Notes under the pieces: generated by a model
What the model was told of the DNA's origin: nothing
The model's input: only the letters and a program-made list of their open reading frames with translations
Database searches by the model: none
Shown here: piece by piece, positions 35,861-50,034 of the stretch
Layout: every line of letters starts with the position of its first letter
Numbering within the stretch: the stretch's first letter is position 1
DNA from: Antedon mediterranea
Lineage: Eukaryota; Animalia; Echinodermata
NCBI RefSeq assembly: GCF_964355755.1
Contig: NC_092673.1
Coordinates: 30,625,648-30,689,647, forward strand
Direction of reading: 5' to 3'
DNA length: 64,000 bases
Position numbers and translations under genes: made by a program

Positions 35861-37336
35861 ATCCAATAAGAGAAAGGTTCTCCAAATAAATCAGCACGAA
35901 ATAGCTCATAAAAAATCACAAACGAAATTAACTTTATGATTTAAATTGTTTAATTTCAATACACACATTATGACAATTGATTCATCCAGTATTTTTGTTT
36001 ATAATATATTTATGTTACTAAACGTATGCCTACAAATCTATAACTAAAATATATATTCTGCATTAAAATAATTAAGATTTCTAAATTCAGTGACACTAAA
36101 AATTAAGTACAAAAATACAAATCTATAAAATATTAGACATTCAAGCTAAATAATGTCATGATATAACATTTGTTGGTAAAAATTTGCATAGGCCTATTAC
36201 GAAATTGAAAGAACCGCACCAAATGTGTTGATGGACCGGTTCAACTATCATTTACCCAAAGTAGTTTGTTTCATGGGAACAGTTACTATATCGCTAACTT
36301 TGTTGGGCAGGACACAACATACTCGGGTAAATAACTAAGCCTGTATTTCTTATCGCGGCCCGGTTACCCCTCATGAAACGTCACAAAATAAACATGAATA
36401 TTCATTAGTCATATTCATAATCTATATATAAATTTACGTAAGGGCATAACTACAATTCGCTGAAGCAAACGCGGCCCTATGTTGTCGACAAGAATTACAG
36501 TACACTATATTTTTTTGGAAGCGCGAAACAACTTTGCTTAAACAATCTAAATTAATTCTACCCAAATGCTCCGATTATATGGACCACCTGGAAACACTGC
36601 ATTTTGCATATAAACATTTCATTTTATAAATAAAATCTTTTTGTTTTGTTTGTACTTTATTATACATCAAGGTAATTAAACAATCACCTTGTTTACATAG
36701 CGTAATGTGTCGGTTCACAAAAGACAATATCAGCACTATTTTCAAGGCAATAACAAAAATATGGAATATACATATCTATATAGTACATATCTATATAGTA
36801 CATTAAACAGCTTTTATACATTGACAGTTCATTCGACACACTTTGACAGTTAAGAAACACATTTGTAAAAAACATACTGTAGTAAAAAAAATTAATAAAA
36901 GTAAAAAATATATATGCTTTACACAGGTTTATATTGGGATGGTACAACCAGGTACAACAGAATACCGATCAGTTGCTTGTTAATGTTACGTTTTTTTTCA
37001 CATCAGATCAATGCGTTAAAGATGTATTGTCCCCCAAACATGGAAAATAAAGATAACGTTTTAATAAAGTTATTCATTCCTAATAAAAAAAAAACGAATA
37101 AAATAAGGGTTTCACTTATAAGAAGACAAAATTAACTTTAACTTTCGGTTATTTTTGTTGCGATTTTTTCCTGGTACCGTAAGTCAAATATTCGGTCAAA
37201 GTGAATCGGTGTTATGTTTAACATTAAAATGGCATATTTAACCAAATATGTGTAAGCATTATCTGCATAATATTTACCCAGTGTAAACTGCCTTCTACTA
37301 ATGCATAGAAAAATATACTTAAGTTAGAATAGTACG

Positions 37337-38821
37337 TTAAACATCTTCTGGTCCTTCAATACAATCTTTGGATGGAACTGTCATTGGAGTAAGTTCATTC
37401 TCACAGTCAGCCGATTTAGTATCTTCTTTTGTTTTATGATCATCACTTGAGAAATCATTTCCAATGTATATCTTCCTACTGTTCTCTGACACTTGTGGCA
37501 ACTTTGTCCAACCGTTATGTCTACCATTTTCTTCTGCTTCTTTCGATTTTAGTTCATTTGGCTCCTCATTGACTGGTTGGTAGGCTCTCTTTGATAGATG
37601 TTGCGATATGACGTAGATGAAAACTATAATTGTTCCCTCTATCATGGTCAAAATTGCGATCAACAGTGGGACTCTGCAAACCAGATCGGCCTCGGGTTGA
37701 GGGTACGATAACTTGGCCATAGTTGTTGCTAAAAGACTGTTTTGAACCCCTGTTTCAAAAGCGATAGTCAGTGCTTCTGGAGTTTTTCTTCGTGTCACCG
37801 TCGCGATGGTGAAACCAGTGATGCCACCGATAAGAGGGAAAATGGCCGCGGCGGTGTAAACTCGCCAAGATGAGCTGAAAATGAACATCTGCGAAGGAAC
37901 TCCCAAACTGAATGCTATCACAATTAGACCAAAGGCGAATGGTTTAAGCAGTTTGACACACAAGTCCGCAAGTTTTGTGAATTTATATAGAATAACGATG
38001 CCTATACCAACTGGGATAAGCATCAAAGCAAGTTGCATGGTGAGTGCTGCGTACGGTGTCTCTAAAGAGTCACCTTCTTCGACAAAAGGCTTTGTATACA
38101 GCATCATATTCAGCGGCATCATTCCAAGTGCTAGGATACTGGAGCAGAACGTCATAGTTAGGCTTAGGACAAAATCACAGTCAAGTAGTAAGGTAAAGAC
38201 ATTGCTTAGCCATCCACCAGGACACGATCCATCAACAAGCAACCCGACAGTTTCTTCTTTCTCCAACGAAACAATGTTCGCTACAGCAAACGCTAAAACT
38301 GGCATTATCAAAAACTGACAGACGATGCCTGTGACCACGGCGTACGGTCGTCGCAACTTCCCCCAGATTATTTTAAGATCCATCTTTGTACCCATAGTTA
38401 CGTAAGACACGATCATCCAACTTAGCAGCGTGTACGTAAACGCGTAGTCAAGCACGCTGGATTTACGTAAAACTTTGACCTGATAATTAATTTCGGACTC
38501 GCCATCTGGAAATGTCAGTAAAATCCGAATAGTTCCAATACCAAGCCTCAAACCTAAAATTGGTATGTCACCATTTTCCATAACTAAGGTCTGGTCATCA
38601 TTATCGTCTGGGATAACTTGAAATATGTCTTCATCTATATTTACTATTGTTATATTTGTTTGCTCAATGTTTGATATGTTGATGTTGACATTAGCTATTT
38701 CACCTTCCGTGACAAGAAGAAAATCATCTGGAGTTATCGTAAAACCAATCGAAGAATTGGATTGAGTTGACAGTCCAAAAAGCAGACAGAATACCAGAGC
38801 GCAGTAAATTGAACCTTCCAT
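37337..38821 (-). CDS. SLC10 family sodium/bile-acid symporter (SLC10A3/A5-like, single coding exon), 494 aa
   Basis: Signal peptide and N-terminal ectodomain. SBF motifs MGTKMD..., GIVCQFLIMP, GSCPGG.LSN, LSLTMT, IAFETGVQNS. An AG acceptor lies immediately before the ATG; a likely 5' UTR exon donor is at 42161. Confidence 0.92.
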   Translation of the reverse strand: MEGSIYCALVFCLLFGLSTQSNSSIGFTITPDDFLLVTEGEIANVNINISNIEQTNITIVNIDEDIFQVIPDDNDDQTLVMENGDIPILGLRLGIGTIRILLTFPDGESEINYQVKVLRKSSVLDYAFTYTLLSWMIVSYVTMGTKMDLKIIWGKLRRPYAVVTGIVCQFLIMPVLAFAVANIVSLEKEETVGLLVDGSCPGGWLSNVFTLLLDCDFVLSLTMTFCSSILALGMMPLNMMLYTKPFVEEGDSLETPYAALTMQLALMLIPVGIGIVILYKFTKLADLCVKLLKPFAFGLIVIAFSLGVPSQMFIFSSSWRVYTAAAIFPLIGGITGFTIATVTRRKTPEALTIAFETGVQNSLLATTMAKLSYPQPEADLVCRVPLLIAILTMIEGTIIVFIYVISQHLSKRAYQPVNEEPNELKSKEAEENGRHNGWTKLPQVSENSRKIYIGNDFSSDDHKTKEDTKSADCENELTPMTVPSKDCIEGPEDV

Positions 38822-40369
38822 CTGTAATAAAACAAAAATTAAATATAATTTAACATCTTATTATCGAGACGAACATTCAATACAGTCGCCAAGAAGCGAA
38901 GGGAGGCAGAAGGATGTCGTTTCGATATGAATCATACTTGAAGCAGTCCAGTAGGCCTAGAATAGACGCAATTGCCACATGTGACCTAATAATAGTCAGC
39001 CCACCAGCGTTATACGTTGTAACAATGATAGCATAACACAATTATGTTGATCGTAAGATTTGAAATTAGGCCTGAAAAGTGGACAATATATGGTTACAGA
39101 TAGTGTCTAATAAATAGACTATAACATAATAACGTCTGACATCACAACACAGATACTATAATTAAAGAAACTAATGTACAATGAAAATGTTCTGTTACAT
39201 TAGAAAATGTATATTTTTACTATGACCACCGGTTAACGTCTGCCTATGGCATCCAATGGGAGGCTCGGACATGGCTGGCTGTAATTGACACTGTAGGATA
39301 GATGTAGGCAGATGTTCGTTAACGAGTTGAAACGGTCAAAATATGAATGTTGTCACGGAAGCTTTGATATCATGGTTTATTATGATATGAGTCATATTGT
39401 TCCAACTTAAGTCATATTAAGTGCACTACGCTGTTTTGTTGATATTATCGTTTTGCTCCGTTAATCATTCAGTTTTTTTTAAATATATGTTAGGGTTACG
39501 GTAATTATCCAAGCGGCGACGAAATTGTATGGATTATCACTAGACTGGACGATAACGTAAACCAACCTTTTTCAAATCTAAATGATGAAAAGTTACATCT
39601 TAACGAGTGCACCCGATGCATCCGTAACACACGATTATCGATATAGTGTAGGCCTAATAGTATATCTTGTTATCTAATGCCTAATCAAATAAATATAAAT
39701 ATTGTAATACATTTGTCACATGTGAAGTACATGTGACGCCTGTGTCTAGCCCTTAACATAATAATGATAAAAGCATCACATGTGAAACACATGGGATGCT
39801 GTATTCCGAGTTTGCCTATAATACGGTACAGCAACAATTTATGTTTGTCAAGTTAGATGAGAATCGGTGTTTTTTGCGTCATCGATAAAGTTTTCACGCA
39901 GTAACATTTTTATAGACTTGAATCTGCCTCTGCTTCCTTGAGTTTAATACACGTAAGATCTCGATGTTCCATATGTGGAGATACATAGACTGAGAATCAA
40001 TTTGAGTTTTATTGCATTTGTAGATATTCATGCATTAACGTTCTATTTTCTGATTGAATTTGCGAAAGCTGATAAATATGATGCATATTATCATTATCAA
40101 CAGTGTTCAACTGAAAATGTCTATGTCTACAGTAGACCCCGATAAGAAGATAGGCCCATGGGACAGAAATACCAATTACGAACAACATAACAGTGAGCTT
40201 ATACAGTAATTAACGTCTTTGTGCGTAGGAGGATATCATCAATGTATTGATGCTCGTTTTCCGTTTAATACATTGACTGAAAAATAAAGATACGCGTTAA
40301 TGCTTGGATGCACACACCATAATAAATAGGCGTACTCTACAAGCGCGCGCTAACTTGTTTCTGGATGTT

Positions 40370-40531
40370 AAGCTCTGTCTACACTATTAAACTTTATGTG
40401 ACAAACAAATGTGATGTGCCCATATATATATGGACATGATTATGTCATATCACTACCATTATTTAAGTCTGCTGTATCACTAGCATATTTGGGCACGTCA
40501 CACTTTTTTTGTCAAACTAGTTTGATAGTGT
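40370..40531. mobile_element. MITE family A copy
   Basis: AAGCTCTGTCTACACTATTAAAC ... CTAGTTTGATAGTGT. Confidence 0.85.
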
Positions 40532-41570
40532 ATCATTGGTCTCATCGGTAAAGATAAATTAACTGCAAATCTCGCACTTCTTCTTCGTCATCTTATTATA
40601 TGCATATATTTAAAAAAACAAATCAAAATATAGAAAAATACCAAAATAGTTTATCAATGCTGAATGGACTTTCTCACATTATAAAAAGGTACCGTCCATT
40701 CCCATCGACTTACTTGTTGACGAATATACCTGACACTATAAAGTTGTTTCAATAAAATGACCACCTAGTTTAGGCCTAAGAACTGTAAGTTAATAAAATT
40801 ATTGTATTGTTGTGCAGAGCTTAAAGCTATTCATTGCTTCAAGGCAGAAACCACAGGACTATATTACAACAAGTTGAACTTTTCGTTTAGCCTGCACATC
40901 CATCCAATCGATTTATATGTCTACAGAGGTAACCCCTTCTCTTTTCTCGATTACGAGTTAGATTTATAGCCTAACAGATGGAATAAGAATGTATCTATTC
41001 CTCCAGGTCTGTGTATAGTTTTCACTCACTCATGTTATTGAGTCTGGATGTTTTACTTAACTTTAATAGGAATACATGCGTCATGCGTTTTAGGTATAAA
41101 CTTGTTTTGTGCTGGATGATACACACCCTACAGTTTATACGGTTGTTGACCGGTTGGTTGTCGCATCATTTCCTTCAATCGGCCATTCCCTCAGTCAAGT
41201 CCGTCCCCAATACGACCTTAGACGATCTCTATACGGCTGTCCATAATTGTTCATCGCGTCAATCAAAAGCATAATGTTATAAGTAAGTATTGCTAGCGAC
41301 AAGGTTTGATTCATGTGTATGTTGCGGAAGTATCCGTCTTAACCCGAATTAACCCTTCGTCTGGTATACCGGTTAGGGATAGAACATTTATGATTCAACT
41401 GTTGTACTTACTATTAGGTACATACGACGCCATTGACCTAAGTATTGTCTCAAGTATCATAGTATTCACTAATTTTAATTTAATGTTTGTATAATTATTA
41501 TCAATATCCAGTAGTATTAAACGAAATGATAATAAAGTGTGCAAATAAATAAGAGCACGCATTACATTTA

Positions 41571-41716
41571 TGTCTACACTATCAAAGTTTGACAAAAGAA
41601 GTGTGATGTGCCCAAATATGGTAGTGATATGACCAGATATGGCAGTGATATGACATCATCATATCCACATCACATGTTTTTGTCACATAAAGTTTGATAG
41701 TGTAAACAGAGCTTTA
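41571..41716. mobile_element. MITE family A copy
   Basis: TGTCTACACTATCAAAG ... TTTGATAGTGTAAACAGAGCTTT. Confidence 0.85.
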
Positions 41717-43644
41717 GGGTTAAGCTAATAACATAGGGATAGAGAAAAAGCAAAGGATCGGAAGCGAGTGACAGGGACAATTCTACAAATAGTGCTAAAA
41801 GTGTTAATTGCAATGTGATTTGGAACTACTTGGAAGTACTTACAAGAAGAACAACAGTGAAGACAGAGAAAGTAAAAAAATACGCTTATATAATAGGTAA
41901 ATATGAATAAAGACCGAATGGAAAAAATAGACCATTAAATTAGTATTTTAGAACAATAAAAACATACCAATGCAGTTGCACTGTAATGAAAGTTTTTAAA
42001 GAAAAATATTGCAATCATTATAAAATTAGTTATTAGCAATAGGATCTATCATTAAATCAACTAGGCCTGGCCCTAGTAATATTATTAATTATAGGCCTAA
42101 TAATAATGTTTTAATATAATAAAGAGCCTACTAAAAATTAAAATAAGAAAGTTTGTCTTACCTTATAATAACACGCTATTTGAACATTTAGTCCGGTTCC
42201 AAGAATAAAGCACTGACGATTCCACTTAATGATTTGATTGTCAGGATGTTCGTCCCGCGGTCAAATATCCTCAAGGACTAGATATTATGAACCTTTTGTT
42301 GTCCGTTTTATGTTTTTGTTCCAGTAAAAATCGTCAAGCTTAATTAATGTAAATTTCACGTTAAATATGCTTAACTGTTTCGTCTTTACGTAAATAAAAC
42401 ATACATGTTATGGATATGCAATACGGAACACATTAAACATCCGAAACATCTTAGTTCCTTCCAGCGACAGTTATAACATCAACGCACCGCGGTGTCCGTA
42501 TTATAAGTCTCTGCGCTACAGCGTATACAATTAGCAAACTCGCCAGGCACATTGGTTTGATTTAAATGATCGGTATTTTATTAGCTATGAATTGTTGTGT
42601 CAGTGTTTTGACGTGGTATGCCCGTCCCAGAGGGGAGTCAAAAACTTCTTTACAACAAGTGGTTCTCAATTTATCCAATGCCAAAAGAGTTCAATGATTG
42701 GATAAGATGAATTTAAAGTGACTTGGATTTTAAAGAGATTTAAATTTTACTTCGGAAGGAAGTTCAATATTGAAATGCATATCTCACTGAGACACCCCTA
42801 ACGTGAATGCACCTAAAATAAGGGAAATTTGGTTAAATATACATTTTAATGCGAAAGATTATTATCGAGGTAATGAGATCTCAGGTAAATTATATACCTA
42901 ACCGAGTAGATACGGTAGGCCCATGGGCATGGTTTTCTTTTCGTTTATTGTTATTTCATAATCTTCTTAAAAAAAATGAAAATAAACTTAGGTGTGTTTC
43001 ATGAATAAGGTCGAATAAAGTCATAATCATATATATTTATTTCTAATTCTTCTCATATTTTGTTTTTTAAAAGATAATTTGATTTGACTTGGACTTGAAT
43101 TCCCCTTTAATCCGGTAAAAGGTAAAATTAAACACAGATTTTTCCAGATGTTCTATCAATCACTTTTTATTATCGTTATTAGGCTTTTACCCCATTTAGG
43201 GCAGTTTTGAAATATATTTTCAATTTTGGTAGTACCTGTATAAACTCACCTTGCGTGATAAGTTTAATTAATCTTGTAATATTTCAACACAATAACTTTC
43301 TCCTTTCCAAATTGACAGAAGGGCTGGTAAGTGTACTCGTCAACATTGCAACACTAAAAAAATACAACGTTGGAATTTTTTTTAAGAACAAAGGTTGAAA
43401 TATTTTTAAAGTTGACATTAACTGTAACATTAATATCAGCCTAGAAGAATGGACATAGGAATAGAATAGGAAGATAGGAATTAGCCTGTTTTATAAACAA
43501 TATGGTCAGGATTCGTTACGTGAGGATAGTTTCTCTCCGCACACACAAACCCTGTACAAGATCTTTCAAATTTGTTTTTATTTTATTATTTCATACGCAT
43601 CCAACAGCGAGTAATTCACCAAGTTCTGGATGAATAAACTATTT

Positions 43645-43778
43645 AATAATGTCATTTGAGGCGTAGGGAGTGGATTTGAAATAGTCGTGAGTTACAACCC
43701 TGGCACACTAGGTCAGGATAGAGCCCGGACCTTGGGATTGGAAGGCAAGCACGTTAACTACCAAGTACAGCTCCATTC
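43645..43778 (-). mobile_element. tRNA-derived SINE 5' part (same family as 18165-18475)
   Basis: The reverse complement GAATGGAGCTGTACTTGGTAGTTAACGTGCTTGCCTTCCAATCCCAAGGTCCGGG...TCCACTCCC aligns to 18165-18290. Confidence 0.75.
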
Positions 43779-44049
43779 TCTTCATTGTCTTTATCTTTCT
43801 AAAAAGTGTGACCATATCCACTGTGCCCAACTAACCCCATGCTAGAATTCATCCTTAAACTGGAACATTAAGATTGACGATGATGACGTCGTTTGAGTTT
43901 ATTTCAGAAATAAAATTCCCAATATAAAAACATAACACATAAAACATATGTTTGCATAGATAAACCCAAAGAAAAATAAAATGGGACAAACCCATGGGAT
44001 GGATTTATTAAACATAAACGTATTATAATTGTATGAAATAAATATGCAT

Positions 44050-44199
44050 GTAGATGAAAAAAAACCAAAAACAACTATGTAAGAAAAAATAAGCTTTGTT
44101 AATGAAAATGTGTTATAGATAATATGTATAAAAATAGTAAACTATGTAATCAATGTGGTTAAATGATAATGTATGTATAAACAAAATAATATATGGAAA

Positions 44200-44231
<32 letters not shown>

Positions 44232-44735
44232 AAATAAGTAAAAAAAAAAAAGTGGAATGAATCCACATAAGAGAAGAAAGTAAAAAAGTTAAATGAAAAT
44301 TTAAGAAGTTATAGATGCAAAAAAGGATCTGCTGGTTTTGTAAACATTAAAGAACAAAAATATTAATATTAATGTTAAAGGATGAGAACAATATTATGTT
44401 AACAGTAAACATTTAGTAAGTAATGAGTATAACAGAGAATATGCATTGTTAAATGAAAATGTGGTAGATGAAAAAAATCAAAAACAACTATGTAAGAAAA
44501 AAAAATAAGCTTGTTAACGAAAATGTGTTACAGATAATATGTTTAAAAAGAGGAAGCTATGTAATCAATGTGATAATATGTAAACAAATGAATAAAACTC
44601 TTTAAATAAGTATATGTATACAGATGATTAAACAAACATTGTAAATATAATGATATGTATAGTGTATAGTGAAAAATATATGTAAAGAGAACAGTGGTAT
44701 GGAAATAAAAGTGGGATGAACCCACATAAGATAAA
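44050..44735. repeat. Diverged AT-rich direct duplication (~415 bp period)
   Basis: GTAGATGAAAAAAA.CAAAAACAACTATGTAAGAAAAA...CTATGTAATCAATGTG...CCACATAAGA occurs twice (~44051 and ~44464). Confidence 0.8.
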
Positions 44736-46894
44736 AAAAAAAAAAAAAAAAAAACATAAAATCCGTTTACACGCTATGAAAGCAACATATAACAGAATAA
44801 TAAAAGAACAAACAAATATCATATTCCAAATACATTGGTGTGACGGTATAAATCATGCAATATTGATTCATTGGCACAGCTTGACATCGACTTAAAGTCG
44901 TCTTAATAATAAATTATAAAATCAACAGATTGTTTAATGAAAATAATGTCAACAGCTATTCGTTGACTGCATATAATAATAATAGTATTAATTTAATTCT
45001 ATATGTTTGTTGTTTATTATTATCCACATATAATAAATATAATTTTCTTAATAAATCTTCAAATAGCCTATTTATAAACGTGGATGGTGGTCTCAATAAG
45101 TTTATGAAATAAGAAATGTGTTGAAATTGTTCGGCTGTGCTTTACAAAAAACAAAAACTTAAATTGTTCGTAAAATTGAATAAAGGCCTATACACATCAA
45201 CAAACACAAGATAAACAGTACAATTACATTTATTAACGTCATCACATATTCAAAGAAAAAATGTTATGGTCATTTTTATGTACGAGATGAGAATTTCCAG
45301 AAACCAAGAAGGCATGTATGTTATGTATGTGGGATTAAACATTTGTGTTTTACGTACCTAAGCAGTTTTCTTCACGTTATTTTATATCTCATCGCCAGAC
45401 CTGCACAACACAAAAAAAAGATATTGTATCGTTCCGCTTAAAACCTACCCCTTTTATGATATAGGAATTGGAAATTAGCTAAGCTCATAGCTCAATACAC
45501 CAATATTACAAATGTTACCATAGCTAACTAACTTTCGTAAACATCACACTAGTACACATCATAAACAATAAGGTTGATAATTGTTTAACTACCAGGAAGT
45601 AATTTTGCATCAGGGAGCTGTTAATTGGTCAGATGTTTTTCTCTGTAGACAAAAAATCTGACCAATTACAATAAGGTTGAAGTCGCAGAAAAACAATAAA
45701 TCGATGTTGGAATTTTTTTTTTATATAAGATAGAACCATTATCATTAATCAATCATTAAAAAAATCTCTCATTAAATGCCTTACGATTTTAACTTGAAAG
45801 TTTGATGGTATCATACATCATTTAAAAAATGCAATTAAAATGTTCACACTTGATCATGAAAACATGAAAAAATATTGTTTTCATTAAATGTTAATAATAT
45901 TAATTGAAATTAACTTGTTGGTTGTGGTTGTACGGTAAACTAAATTCAATTTAATATATTTTTCAATGAACTATTGATCTTATTTCAATCATATTAGCGA
46001 CCGCACCTGTTGCCGTAAGTAAGTACAGGTGAGCACCGTGTCTGCTGAAGGATGCCACGTGTGGTACCAACGCGAGAACGGGGAATAAAGTTCCTAACAG
46101 CGGTATAATTGAGTTGAGTACCAAGTCTGTATAAAGGTTACTGTGTTAAAAACTAAAGGTAAAAACGAGAAAGTCTTCATAAATAATAACACATAACTAA
46201 TAGTATTCTTATGATTTATAACGTAAAAAAATCTTGGATTTTGATTTATTTGTCAATTATGAACATATCAAACCCATGGAAGAGTGGCGATGATGTTTAT
46301 GTTATAACATTAACACTCGGTGGCATTAGTAATATAAATATGGGGTTTTTTTTTTCAAACCAGTTTTTGATATGACTTCAAAATGTTTGAAAATCACATT
46401 TGTAACGTTATTAATAATTATACATTGAACAGTGCAGAAACAATTTTATATTAGTTTAATGAAATAAATGAATAGAACCATTCTGTATGACCAAAAACAC
46501 TACAAATATATTATTTAAGAAAAAAGATACTAGCAATAATAATGTAGCAGGGCACCAATGAAATAATGTTAACTTATTTATATTTTATTATGTCTTGTTT
46601 AATTGTCATTTCATGCAAACAATGGTTTCATCTTAAAAAGATTTGAATATCGAATAAAGTATAGAGTGGTCTGAGAGTTTCACAGGAAGCAAGTCATGGA
46701 GCGCATAATGTAGTGAAGAATAGAAAAACTTGCAGTTCTTATTGAAACATGTTGGTGCAAACATCCCAGCAAAGAAGAGGAATACACGTTAAAGACTAGT
46801 CTAGGTTCTAGACCGAAATTAGTTTGGCACATATGGCGTTTCATACGTCAGACAAAAATCGAATTGGTGGACTAACAGTAACAGATTCATTTTA

Positions 46895-47330
46895 TTATCA
46901 TTCATTCATTCATTTATCTTTTTATTTCGGAATATCATGGTGACATAATATTATATCCATAGCAAAAGAGAGAAAAAAAAATCTAAATCTAACAGCTCAT
47001 AGAACAAAAAACAAAGATATGTCAATATATAAAGTCAATGCAACAAAGCATTCCATTGTATGTGCATTCTTGACACATTAAGAACGTGGCGATTAATGGC
47101 CATTGATCAAGGAATTACTACTTGTGTTCACACGATTTTTAAAACTAAAAACAGATTTGCTAATGAACTCATCAAAGGATGGGACGTCATTTAAGACAAA
47201 CATCATGCTTGCACTACAATGTCTAGGCTGCTTCAGCAGCAAACGTAAGGCATTGTTATAACATACTTTCAGTGATCTCAGAGTGCTCCAATATATAATG
47301 GAAATTACAGTGCTCATATCTTGGCTTGTG
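46895..47330 (-). mobile_element. 5'-truncated LINE 3' end (RTE-X/L2-like)
   Basis: RT C-terminal remnant LKVCYNNALRLLLKQPRHCSASMMFV..VPSF, then AATAAA and an (ATGA)n tail on the minus strand. The clade assignment is tentative. Confidence 0.7.
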
Positions 47331-48315
47331 TTAAATAAATATAGAGGAAAACACGTTAGGCAAGTCTAGTAAAATACCAATTGGCTTGCAATACATTGTA
47401 CCACGAAAATACCGAGAAACTTAATAAAAACTACAAAATAAATAAAGAGCTCAATGCATAGAGCGATATTACAACTCATAATATGACAATATAAAAAATT
47501 AAATACAGTTTTTTAACTTAAATTTAGTAATATTGTTTAAAAAACTAAATCATTTAAACTAAACACATTTATAGCGTAGCTACAAATGGTAAATTTGTCT
47601 CTTAAAAAAAATCAAAAGTTTATATTTCTGTTTTCAAAGTTTCAGTAGAATAAAGTTCAAAATGTTTTGACGTATCTAACAGGTGATCTATTCGGTTCGT
47701 GAGAAACCAATTCCAAAACTTTCAAAAGTTATTTTATGTATGTCCTGGGAGTTAACACGCTCCCGTATGTCGTCATTAGTAACCGAATACAGCGAATTTT
47801 CGGAAATCATATATCGCTATGATGTTTAAAAGTGCGTCGCGGTGGAATGACCCCTAGCAAGTGGTTCTAACAGAGGGTCAGCGACTGGACATCAGGGCGG
47901 TCTTGGGTTGCGTGTCCATTAAAGTTCTGGCTAATTATATCACTGATGTGAATGTAATGGAGTTTTAAAGTAAACAGTTACAATGACCTACATTTAAAAA
48001 AACTTTCTAAAATCGCTTTTTTTAGATTTATATAATATATACCTGACTAATGTATCGTATTGCTGTCTTTTTTTCAGCTCGTTTGATTAGAATATACAGT
48101 ACAACGATCATGCGTTTGTGTTTTTTTTAAAACATAAAATATTCAGTAGAATTATTAATTGGAACTTAAAGCAACTGTAAATTCCTTTGCGAACCATGCC
48201 ACAGTTATTTGCAGTTTTTCGTGATCTATGTGGCCTACAGGTGCGAATAGGCCTATAAAACAAAAAGTGCATCGTACCATCGTAACAACATTACATCGTA
48301 CATTTTACACCTGCA

Positions 48316-48609
48316 TCAACTTTATGTGATGTACCCATGGACATGATGAAGTCAGAGCACTACCATATTTGTGCATATCACTTCCATATTTGGGCCCAAC
48401 TATAGGCCAAACCACTCACTTTTTTAGTTAATACGGATTGAACCCCATTGGAAATAAGTTCACTTTTTATTTGTCGACTTAATAAGTTATCCTGGTATTC
48501 TTTTTTAATATGTACATTGTATATCTTAACTATTTGTATGAATTTCGAATAAAATCAATCAATCAATCACACTTGTTTTTTTCTAGTTTGATAGTGTAGA
48601 CAAAGCTTA
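48316..48609. mobile_element. MITE family A copy interrupted by an L2/Crack-type LINE 3' fragment (48400-48568)
   Basis: The MITE halves flank a copy of the 31150-31310 LINE tail ending in (ATCA)n. Confidence 0.8.
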
Positions 48610-50034
48610 ATGGTTATTTTTCTTTCCTCTCTCTCTACCTTTGGAATTGCTTGGGTGCCTATCCGCAGCCAACTTACATTGCTTTTAATTAATTTTAATT
48701 TCTAATTGTTTCCCTTTTTTTCTTAATTTGTTTACATTTATTTTTAGTTCTAAACGCAGCGTAATGCGCTATAAAACTTGAAATATTATTTCATATAAGT
48801 TTGGCGAATACATACTGTACATAAACAATCGTTTGAGTCAACAAACAAGCCCTGTTATTTAAGAGAAAGCACATTGGTCTGAACGGGCGGTAAATATTCA
48901 TTATTCCCCACGATAATTACTATCAAAGTGAGCTTATTATACCCATGAATTATGTGTCATATAAAGAGGTCGGGGCTGAATGCTTACAGTGTGATAAAGG
49001 AACCACGATTGAACTGCTGCCATCGGTCATCTATAGGGGATAGGCTTTAGTAGAACAAAGTTAGGCCAAATAAACAAAATTAGTTTCACGCCCGTGATTT
49101 CATCTACTTTGTTTGTTTTGTTGATGAGGGAGTCAACTATTAGCGATTTTAATATTGTACCACCACCATAAGAATAAGTCCATTTGTCGTTTACAAAGCT
49201 CGGAACGATTATTAACGACCGGGATCATGAAATCTTGATCAAAAATTGGATTTCTTTTAATGAATAACAAATAGTAAAGCAAGTCCGCGTTGCTCTGTGA
49301 TGATGTGATAAGGGTGTGGGGAAAGTAACATAAGTATATCTATATAATATATAATGTAATATATCAATTTACTTTGAATCTTTGAACTAACAATTTGTTT
49401 GCTGTCCTACCTTTTGTAGGTTATAGTCATTTTGATGAAATATTTACCCAGACCCAGACTATACACACCGGTCCATTGGGAGCTAGTTTATTAGTCAACT
49501 GTGCTCAATAATTCATGTTCTTTTTTTTCATTTTGTCTGGCACCTTATCTGAAATACCCAGTAGCAAAAAAGCGTATGTGTAAACTTTCAAGTTTCCATG
49601 GCTCTAACGTACAAAATCCGAAATATTACAACTTGTGCTTTAGAGTAAGGAAATCGGCGCTTAAACTTAACTGCAATGACGTAGGCCTACATGTATGTAT
49701 ACTGACATTCTAGTGTCTTGATAAAAAGTATTTTTTATAATATATAAATGTTTCTTCTGCAATTGTTGTGGCCCGTTTTGTGGTTAAAAAGAATCTAATA
49801 TGCTAAAACAGGACATTCGAATTCAATCACAAAAATAGTATGAGAAGCCAATGCTGCATTTAGACTAGTTGCATTATCAAACTTTATTTCTAGTAACGAA
49901 ATGCACATCATTAGATTTACATTACGATTCTCTTACAAAAATATTGGTAAACTTAATACATAATGAACAAACATTGCGATATAATAACTACTTTTCTCAA
50001 ACAAAATAAATAAATATATATATATATAAAATAT

